Source: Treponemataceae bacterium (GTDB lineage: Bacteria; Spirochaetota; Spirochaetia; Treponematales; Rectinemataceae). Taken from it: DNA of 64,000 nucleotides. The stretch is from the NCBI GenBank assembly GCA_963678065.2, contig CAXXVZ010000003.1:1856001-1920000 (forward strand), in the 5' to 3' direction. The notes under the pieces are model-generated. The model was not told where the DNA came from and searched no databases. It worked only from the letters and a program-made list of their open reading frames with translations. Shown piece by piece: positions 40,051-47,358 of this stretch. Position 1 is the stretch's first letter. Every line of letters begins with the position of its first letter. The translations under genes were made by a program, and so were the position numbers.

Positions 40051-40283
40051 TGCCCGTCGGCAAAAAGCCCTGCCCGAGGCATACGGACAGGGCTTCATGC
40101 ATTGAATCGGAACTGGATTGCATTTCTATTTTCGACAAAATACAAGAATCTGTCAATCTCATACCCATGGCCTCTTCCAAGTTCAATGAATATGGCGACC
40201 TCTTGACAGGATGCCAGCCCCGCGGCGATGTCCGCGCCTTACATGCAGTTGACAACCGCATGACGGTGAGAGGCCACGAATGA
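40047..40283 (+). CDS. Small hypothetical protein
   Basis: ATGA coupling to both neighbouring genes. Confidence 0.5.
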   Translation: MMPVGKKPCPRHTDRASCIESELDCISIFDKIQESVNLIPMASSKFNEYGDLLTGCQPRGDVRALHAVDNRMTVRGHE

Positions 40284-40588
40284 AGGCCGCACAGATTGTC
40301 CGCGCAGCTCTCGAAGCCCCGCCCGGAATGCTCCTCGCTGTTGACGCAAACGGTCCCTTCACGATCCGGGAATCGCAATTCCATAACGGGCCGGACGTTG
40401 TGGCCTATCAACAGAATGAACTTGCGGACTTGATTCGAGCTTTTTTTGGCCCTGACATATTCGAATACCCTGAAGCCGACGAAGCTCTCAAAGAATTTTT
40501 TTTATCAGATAGCTCCGCGAGGATCGCTGAACGCCGCCGGCGAGGGATTTCGTGGGACCGGGTTCCTCGAACCGGAGGCCGTTCATGA
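40280..40588 (+). CDS. Hypothetical protein
   Basis: ATGA coupling to both neighbouring genes. Confidence 0.55.
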   Translation: MKAAQIVRAALEAPPGMLLAVDANGPFTIRESQFHNGPDVVAYQQNELADLIRAFFGPDIFEYPEADEALKEFFLSDSSARIAERRRRGISWDRVPRTGGRS

Positions 40589-41511
40589 CCACAGGGCCCG
40601 TTGCCCGCATTCCCCTGTCTATCCTCGAAGACGCCAGCCTTCTCAAAGCCGAGGCATGGACTTTCATCGCACTCTACAGCTTCGCCGATGATCGTGGAGA
40701 ATGTTGGCCATCTCTAGATCGGATCGCTTCACGTGCACACCTCACTCGGCGATGTGTCGTAGATTCCCTTCGGAATCTTGAAAGCAAAAAACTCATCGAG
40801 AGGACCAGACGTTTCGAAAGGAATTCACGGGAACCAACTTCAACTCGTTACCGTGTTTTATGTAGGGAATCAGGTTCCCTAGGTAGTGAATCCAGTTCCC
40901 TACAGGTAGGGAACACCATTCCCTATGTAGGGAATGGCATGCACCTAGGTAGGGAACCAGGTTCCCCCGAACTAATCAATGAACTAAAGAAAGACACTCT
41001 GTCTTCGCCGTTGTCCTCGAAATCGAAGAAGGCAGTGAAGGAAAAGCCGGAGGCTCTATCACCTGACCAACTTGCCGCCTACCACGCTGCGGAATCCCGA
41101 TTTCAGGATACTGCAAAGACCGAGGGAGTCACGTGGAATCATCCACGACAAGGGAAAGCGCTTCGGTCCCTTGTCGAAGCCTACACAGACCGCCTTGCCT
41201 CCCTGCCGGGAATCGTTGAAACATTCCTGACACTCCGGGGCGGGAAAGAAACATTCTGGACAAAGCAGCCGCCGACCGCCTCCGCACTTCTTGCCCTTCT
41301 CGACCGAGTAGAAACCGAGGCCGCAAAGCGTCGACCACCTGCCCCGGATCGGAAACCGCTCCCAACTTGCCCAGTCTGTAGATCGACGTACCCTGTCGGA
41401 TCGCAGATCTGCCCTCGATGTGGATTCTTCCTGGATGACGCTAAAGGTCCGCGCGCTGAAACAGCCATCGCCGCTCACCGCACCCGTATCACGGAGAGGG
41501 GCACGGCATGA
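40585..41511 (+). CDS. Phage-type replication initiator (N-terminal winged HTH, C-terminal Zn ribbon)
   Basis: CWPSLDRIASRAHLTRRCVVDSLRNLESKKLI HTH; internal iterons; CPVC..CPRC; directly upstream of dnaB. Confidence 0.8.
   Translation: MTTGPVARIPLSILEDASLLKAEAWTFIALYSFADDRGECWPSLDRIASRAHLTRRCVVDSLRNLESKKLIERTRRFERNSREPTSTRYRVLCRESGSLGSESSSLQVGNTIPYVGNGMHLGREPGSPELINELKKDTLSSPLSSKSKKAVKEKPEALSPDQLAAYHAAESRFQDTAKTEGVTWNHPRQGKALRSLVEAYTDRLASLPGIVETFLTLRGGKETFWTKQPPTASALLALLDRVETEAAKRRPPAPDRKPLPTCPVCRSTYPVGSQICPRCGFFLDDAKGPRAETAIAAHRTRITERGTA
40862..40968. repeat. Five palindromic iterons, putative replication origin
   Basis: GTAGGGAA-N5-TTCCCTA-like units starting at 40862, 40883, 40906, 40927 and 40949. 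Confidence 0.8.
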
Positions 41512-42836
41512 ACAGCCATGAAAGCGCTCTACTCGCCGCCATTCTCGATCGCCCCAGTCTCATTGACTCCCTCGAAATCACACCAGGGCTCTTCCAAGAC
41601 TCTGACGCCCGCGCCATCCTCTCCGCGGTCGAATCGTGCCGTAACAATCAGATTGCTTCGGACCTCATCGCCATAGGCGACGCTCTCGGTATTGCAGGGC
41701 GTTCCGAAGCCGTGCAGACAGCCGCAGGCCTATCAGGGACAGGAATGCCGGTCTCCGCTCCATACCATACCGAACAGCTCAGGGAAGCCGCACGGCGCCG
41801 AGGGCTCGAAGCCGTCCTACGTGACGGCATTTCTGCACTAGCCGATCTTTCTCGTCCGACACGCGAAGTCCTCGAATCCATCGAATCAGGCGCGCTTGAA
41901 GCATTTCGGCAAGCCCCTGAGACTGAGCCACGGAGAACGGCCGACCTCATTCCTGACTGGCTTCGCGCCGTAGAGGGCCGTAAGCGTGACCGTGAGGCTG
42001 GGAGGGTGGACGGAATTGGGACCGGAATCTCGGCGCTCGATGGCATTCTAGGGCCGATGCGCCCTGGATCGGTGAACATCATTGCCGGCCGACCAGGATC
42101 AGGGAAGACCGCACTTTCTCTCGGAATCGCCCTGCATGCCGCGGTTGATGAAGGGCTCCCTTCTGCCGTTTTTAGTCTTGAGATGACGAGGGCCGAACAG
42201 CTCGACCGGATCGCCGCTGCTCGGTCCCGGTTTACTCTTGGAAAAATCCGTGGCGGATACCTTCAAGACTATGACTGGACGGACCTCCTCGCTGTCGGGA
42301 ATCGTCTTGCTTCAGCACCTCTCGCCATCTTCGACGGCCCACATGGACTCGGAACGCTTCGGAGCCGGATTCGCCGCGAGACTGCACGAGGATGCAGACT
42401 GGTAATCGTGGACTATCTCGGCCTCCTTGACTTGGGTGTAGGAGGAAGAATCCCGCGGTGGGAGCGCATCGGCGAAGTATCCCGCGACCTCAAGCTTCTC
42501 GCCCTCAATCTTCGGATCGTGATCGTCCTCGCTGTCCAATTGAACCGGGAGGCCGAGGGGAAACCTCCGACCCTCGCCGACCTCCGTGACTCAGGGAGTA
42601 TCGAACAGGACGCGGACAGCGTTCTTCTCCTCCATGTGACAGGCGAAGGCGATCCGCGTCCAGTTCAAGCGAACATTGCGAAAAACAGACACGGGCCGAC
42701 CGGGAAAACCGAACTGTCATTCGATGGGCCACATGTCCGGTTCATTGACCCCGCCTCGCCGATACCAACCGACACCCTCGACCTCGAAACGCCAAACCAG
42801 CCAGGACAACACCCACATAGGGAGGCTAGACGATGA
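41508..42836 (+). CDS. dnaB: DnaB-family replicative helicase (element-encoded)
   Basis: GRPGSGKT, FSLEM, IVDYLGL, QLNR, LRDSGSIEQDAD, KNRHGPTG. Confidence 0.92.
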   Translation: MNSHESALLAAILDRPSLIDSLEITPGLFQDSDARAILSAVESCRNNQIASDLIAIGDALGIAGRSEAVQTAAGLSGTGMPVSAPYHTEQLREAARRRGLEAVLRDGISALADLSRPTREVLESIESGALEAFRQAPETEPRRTADLIPDWLRAVEGRKRDREAGRVDGIGTGISALDGILGPMRPGSVNIIAGRPGSGKTALSLGIALHAAVDEGLPSAVFSLEMTRAEQLDRIAAARSRFTLGKIRGGYLQDYDWTDLLAVGNRLASAPLAIFDGPHGLGTLRSRIRRETARGCRLVIVDYLGLLDLGVGGRIPRWERIGEVSRDLKLLALNLRIVIVLAVQLNREAEGKPPTLADLRDSGSIEQDADSVLLLHVTGEGDPRPVQANIAKNRHGPTGKTELSFDGPHVRFIDPASPIPTDTLDLETPNQPGQHPHREARR

Positions 42837-43270
42837 ATTGCGGTACTTTTGATACATGTTCAGCCCCACTTTGCCCTCTCGATCCTACCAGCCTGGAAAA
42901 TTCGGTATGGTTTCCGGGAGAGGCGATATGCACCCGACAGGGAACAGAGTTCGCCAAAAAACAGCGGAGGCTCATGAGAAAAGGAATCAAGCACGATACA
43001 TGCTTCACTTTTACAATGATTGAGAGGCTATGGTCCATTTCAGTCGGTACGAGCGGTATCAACCCCGAGTACGAGAAAGCGGAAGTTGAACCTACATGGA
43101 TGAAGAATCATCCGCCAAAGCCCAAAGTGTCAAATGAGATTACCAAACGCCGCAGACAGACCATGGCAAACTTGCTCCTATCGAAAAAGAAGGCGGGAAT
43201 TATCGAGGCTACAGCACCTACCACCCCTTCGGACGTACTTTCTGTGCCTGGACCCGTCGGAGGAGCCTGA
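42833..43270 (+). CDS. Cys-rich hypothetical protein
   Basis: N-terminal CGTFDTCSAPLCPLD..C; ATGA coupling to dnaB. Confidence 0.6.
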   Translation: MNCGTFDTCSAPLCPLDPTSLENSVWFPGEAICTRQGTEFAKKQRRLMRKGIKHDTCFTFTMIERLWSISVGTSGINPEYEKAEVEPTWMKNHPPKPKVSNEITKRRRQTMANLLLSKKKAGIIEATAPTTPSDVLSVPGPVGGA

Positions 43271-43375
43271 AAGCTATATCTCATCACAAAAGGGAGAGGC
43301 TGTCTGACGACTGCCTTGTCCCTCGATTTACTGCGAAGGAACAGTCGATGCTGTTAATGGCATGAAGGAGAGACC

Positions 43376-44017
43376 ATGAACGATTTAATAGACGATAATG
43401 AGCTTTTAGCGCAGCCGCTATCTCGGTCTGAACAGCACTTCGTGGCTGAATACTGCATCAATGGGTACAACGCTACAAAGGCATATCAGTCTGCCCACCC
43501 AAAAGCTTCGCCCGAGACAGCCCGGTCGAATGGATACAGGATGCTGACAAAAGCTCACATCGTGAGAGCCATTGATGACTTTTGTATTCGGTCGGTGGAT
43601 GGCAGGCAAGCGATTCTGAAGAAAAGGATAGTCGATATTCTGGAGGTCCAGGCGTTCTACAAGATTACCGACATAATGGACATAAAGACTGGCCGGATAA
43701 AGATGACCAATGAGGAACTTGAGGCCGCAGGACTCACCGCAGTGATTGAATCGGTCAACGAGAAGAATACCAAGGATGCCAAGAGCATCGAATACCGGTT
43801 CTCCGACAGACTTGCAGCCATAGATATGCTGTGCCGAATTGTCGGTCTCTATGATACCAAACTCACAAGGGGAGGGCTGGGAGAGTCCGAGAATGTTGTC
43901 GGTGTCATTCTTGGAGTCGGAAAGATTCCAATCGAGGAATGGAACGCACGGGGGAGAGCAAAATCAGACGAACTGGCGAGTCAAGTATTGGGGAAATCCG
44001 GACTCCTCAGACCGTAA
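43376..44017 (+). CDS. terS: Terminase small subunit
   Basis: FVAEYCINGYNATKAYQSA...ARSNGYRML HTH and DRLAAIDMLCRIVGLY, typical of pac-type TerS; AAGGAG RBS. Confidence 0.8.
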   Translation: MNDLIDDNELLAQPLSRSEQHFVAEYCINGYNATKAYQSAHPKASPETARSNGYRMLTKAHIVRAIDDFCIRSVDGRQAILKKRIVDILEVQAFYKITDIMDIKTGRIKMTNEELEAAGLTAVIESVNEKNTKDAKSIEYRFSDRLAAIDMLCRIVGLYDTKLTRGGLGESENVVGVILGVGKIPIEEWNARGRAKSDELASQVLGKSGLLRP

Positions 44018-44029
44018 AGAGGGACAGCC

Positions 44030-44227
44030 ATGAAAGACCACCGATCACTACAGCCGGGAGGACCAAGTCGAGCGGAAATACTGCGAATGCAGATCATCGA
44101 CGAACTTGCCAATACCCTACCGGTTGCCTTCCTGGTGATACCCGAGACCCGGCTTGACCGCCTTGAGGATAATCTTGACCGGATAATCGGTGCAGCGTTC
44201 CGCGCTAAGGGAACCGCACGCCAGTAA
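44030..44227 (+). CDS. Small hypothetical protein after terS
   Basis: GAGG RBS; followed by a terminator. Confidence 0.5.
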   Translation: MKDHRSLQPGGPSRAEILRMQIIDELANTLPVAFLVIPETRLDRLEDNLDRIIGAAFRAKGTARQ

Positions 44228-44247
44228 TAGCTATGCATGAGAGTACA

Positions 44248-44273
44248 AGCTCCGGATCGCTTCGGGGCTTTTT
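44248..44273 (+). terminator. Intrinsic terminator ending the terS unit
   Basis: AGCTCCGGA-TCGC-TTCGGGGCT followed by TTTT. Confidence 0.65.
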
Positions 44274-44554
44274 ATTATCATTCCGGATTTCATTAATAAC
44301 AGAATGCCGTGCGTTTTTTCCGTTTCACTCGGACGTGGTTTACTACCAAGAAGGGAACCGGCGCAATTTCGTCCCTGAATAAAAGCCCTCCCAATCGACG
44401 TATAACGGAAGTAAAACACACAGATCCATATCATATCGCATGCGCTCCGAATACAGACTAAAAACGAGTGATCACACTCTGGCTGCAAGTTGAATAATGC
44501 TCTGTTTTCCGGAACTGACCTGATGTATTGTTTACTCATGTGAGGATAGACCAC

Positions 44555-45601
44555 ATGAAACGAATCATTGTAATTCTCTTTGCTTTGTTCTGCACGTTGC
44601 CTTTGGTTGCGCAAGAATGGTTCTTCGACCTGTGCAAGACAGGAAAACCAGAACAAGTTATAGCCGCACTGAAGGCTGGCGAGAAGGTTGATGCCCGAGG
44701 TGGCTACGGCTGGACTCCACTCATGTATGCTGCTGAATCCAACACACATGAGGTGGTCGCCGCGCTTCTGAAGGCCGGCGCAAAGATAGATGATCGGTCA
44801 GTGACCGGCATGACTTCACTTATGTACGCTGCTATGAGCAACAAACCCGAGGTGATCACCGTTCTTCTACGAGCCGGTGCAAATGTGGATGACAGGAGCA
44901 ACAATGGCGGGACCACCCTCATGATGGCTGCCTCATCCAACCATAACCCCGATGTGATAGCGGCACTGCTAAAGGCTGGCGCGAGAGTAGATGACCGAGA
45001 CGATGGCGGCAGAACCTCTCTCGTGAGGGCTGTTTGGATGAATACTTCCGAGATGGTTATGGCGCTGGTAAAAGCCGGTGCAAAGCTTGACAACCGAGAT
45101 GATGACGGCATGACACCACTCAGGTGGGCTTTCACCCCGAACGCGAACCCTGAGAATCTCACTGTTCTTCTGAAGGCTGGCGCGAGGGTAGATGATCGGG
45201 ACGATGATGGCATGACTCCGCTCATGTGGGCTGTTGTGATAAGCAATAAACCCGAGGTGGTCGCGGCGCTTCTGAAAGCCGGTGCGAGTGTGAAAGATCG
45301 TGATGAAAATGGCTGGACTCCACTCATGTATGCTGCTGAATACAATCATAACCCCGAAGTGATTACTGCGCTGTTGAATGCTGGGGCGAATGTGGATGAC
45401 AGAAAAGAGGATGGCGTTACCCCTCTCATGATTGCTTCCGCCAATACGAAGAACCCCGACGTCATCACGACGCTCCTGAATGCTGGGGCCAATGGGAAGG
45501 CAAAGGACAAAGGAGGCAAGACAGCCTTTGATTGGGCGAGGGGCAATGAAAAGCTCAAAGGAACCGACGCATACTGGGCGCTGAACAATTCCCGATACTG
45601 A
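44555..45601 (+). CDS. Exported ankyrin-repeat protein (element cargo)
   Basis: Signal peptide MKRIIVILFALFCTLPLVA; about 9 GxTPLMxAA...LLKAGA repeats. Confidence 0.92.
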   Translation: MKRIIVILFALFCTLPLVAQEWFFDLCKTGKPEQVIAALKAGEKVDARGGYGWTPLMYAAESNTHEVVAALLKAGAKIDDRSVTGMTSLMYAAMSNKPEVITVLLRAGANVDDRSNNGGTTLMMAASSNHNPDVIAALLKAGARVDDRDDGGRTSLVRAVWMNTSEMVMALVKAGAKLDNRDDDGMTPLRWAFTPNANPENLTVLLKAGARVDDRDDDGMTPLMWAVVISNKPEVVAALLKAGASVKDRDENGWTPLMYAAEYNHNPEVITALLNAGANVDDRKEDGVTPLMIASANTKNPDVITTLLNAGANGKAKDKGGKTAFDWARGNEKLKGTDAYWALNNSRY

Positions 45602-46076
45602 GGCCCACGGCCTTTCTTGATAGTATCTACATATCGGCTCGCGCCTCCATTCAACGCGCTATAGGTTGCATGCTGAACGCAAGGCCGCGCGTATGAAAAA
45701 CGTCTGATTTACTGCGACGGAACTGCCACAACAATGAAAAGAATTGAGGTTCGAGTATGAAACGACAGACAGGAAGGCAATGTCCTTACATCATAAAAAA
45801 GAGTTATCCGACTCATATGTGCGGACGATGGAATGGCGCTGTCCTGACAGAATAGCCTTGTGTTTTTTCCGTTCCGCCCCGGACGTGGTTTACTACCAGG
45901 AAGGCAATCGCTGAGATTCCACCCTGTAATCTACAAGGCGGGTTTGCCCCATAGCGAAGTTATTCCGCCCCTATTTGGGCATTCTACGGGATACATGGCC
46001 GTCTTTGTCTGCCTGAATCAATCCTGAGGCGATAGCGCGAATCCATATAATACGTGGTTATACGACGCCGTTTTTA

Positions 46077-46102
46077 CTATGAGATAGAACTATGAGATAG
46101 AA
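46077..46102 (+). repeat. Putative integrase arm-type sites (right)
   Basis: Tandem CTATGAGATAGAA x2. Confidence 0.7.
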
Positions 46103-46216
46103 AGCAACACGATATAAACTTTCTTGACATAATACAGTATGCAATAATATTGACAGACATCGATTTAGGGTTTAGGTTAATACGTAACGACATAGTGTGA
46201 AATGTTAATTTTCAGT

Positions 46217-46258
46217 CTCGTAATGCGCAGGTGTCGGGTTCGATTCCCGATCTCGGCT
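46217..46258 (+). repeat. attR core (3' part of tRNA-Thr)
   Basis: Exact copy of 36692-36733. Confidence 0.95.
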
Positions 46259-46422
46259 GATTGGCAGAAGAATGGAATCCCGCAGGAAACACCGATTCGC
46301 GCCGACAACTAAGCCTTGCCGGCCAGCTTCTCTTTCCTTTCAACTTTTTCCAAGAAACGGTCCAGATCGACGATAGCCCGCAGGTGATCGATGGCGTCGC
46401 GCGAGGCTTCTGTCGCCTCGGC

Positions 46423-47355
46423 TCATCCGCAGATCGTGGATCTACCTCCATCGTCCGCCCCGCGCAACAGGGAAAAAAACGGCACAGTGTACCGGCGCGT
46501 GCGAATCATGTCGAAGAAAATTTCTACCACTTCAGGATCAAACTGTCTTCCGCTGCAGCGGCTGATTTCCGCCACTATGTCCGAAGGCAGCATGGCCTTG
46601 CGGTAAGGTCGGTTGTTTATCATCGCGTCGATGCTGTCGGCGAGAGCGAGGATCCTACTCAGGAAGGGAATCTCATTTCCCCGCAGGCCGGGGGGATATC
46701 CGGCGCCATCCCAGCGCTCGTGGTGGGCTACGACGAAGTCCGCGAGCTCCGAGATGCCGCAGATTGACTGTATCAGCTTGTACCCGATCGCCGGGTGACG
46801 CCTGACCTCCTCCCACTCCTTGGGGCCGAGCGAGGTTGGCTTGAATATAATCTCATCGCTGATGCCTAGCTTCCCGACATCGTGCAGTATGCCCAGAGCG
46901 TTGAGGATCAACAGATCCCTCTGGGGCAGCCCCATCATCTTGCCCAAGTCCACACAAGCTTCGCTCACGCGGAGGGAGTGCGAGAGAATCGCGGGGAAAC
47001 GGCCCTGCAGGGCCTTGGTATAGGCGTAGACCGAATACATGTCGTCGAGAACTTCGAGCGTACACTCTTTTATGTCGAGCAGGCTCACCACCTTTGTGCA
47101 ATAACCCAGGAGGGCCACATCGCCCAAAGGCCCCGAGCCCCCAGTGTTAGTCAGGGCCTCCATGATCGCGTTCATCTTGATGATATCGACCTCGCGCTTT
47201 ATCCGAGCGGCGAGCCTATCGACGCGGGCATCGGTGCCCTGTATCGTCTTCTTGGGCTGGCAAACCACGTCCTCGCTGTTCGCTCCGCCGGGTTGCTTTG
47301 CGTCAATACACATGGCAGCTTCCTTCTCGCAATACAAAAAATGCCGTCGCATCAT
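46423..47355 (-). CDS. HD-GYP domain phosphodiesterase
   Basis: HSLRV, LHDVGK, HHERWDGAGYP, RPYR, GRQFDP. Confidence 0.9.
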   Translation of the reverse strand: MMRRHFLYCEKEAAMCIDAKQPGGANSEDVVCQPKKTIQGTDARVDRLAARIKREVDIIKMNAIMEALTNTGGSGPLGDVALLGYCTKVVSLLDIKECTLEVLDDMYSVYAYTKALQGRFPAILSHSLRVSEACVDLGKMMGLPQRDLLILNALGILHDVGKLGISDEIIFKPTSLGPKEWEEVRRHPAIGYKLIQSICGISELADFVVAHHERWDGAGYPPGLRGNEIPFLSRILALADSIDAMINNRPYRKAMLPSDIVAEISRCSGRQFDPEVVEIFFDMIRTRRYTVPFFSLLRGADDGGRSTICG

Positions 47356-47358
47356 TCC

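Larger units (their letters stand above)
36692..46258 (+). mobile_element. tRNA-Thr-integrated element (9,525 bp excisable), PICI/satellite-like
   Basis: Exact 42-bp direct repeats at both ends; int, xis/alpA-like, rep, dnaB and terS genes; composition less GC-rich than the host flank. Confidence 0.88.

Noticed and set aside
40862..40968. Regularly spaced palindromic repeats as a mini-CRISPR
   Set aside because: Units are adjacent with no unique spacers, lie inside a coding gene, and there are no cas genes; iterons fit better.
44555..45601. Diversity-generating retroelement template/variable repeats
   Set aside because: No reverse transcriptase in the window and no adenine-specific mismatch pattern; these are ordinary ankyrin repeats.
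46217..46258. Second tRNA-Thr gene
   Set aside because: Only the 3' 42 nt are present; it is attR.
36692..46258. Complete prophage or conjugative element
   Set aside because: No structural, TerL, lysis, relaxase or T4SS genes between the att sites.
46423..46425. Selenocysteine codon in the HD-GYP gene
   Set aside because: It lies outside the catalytic domain, no clear SECIS was recognised, and I know of no precedent in this family.
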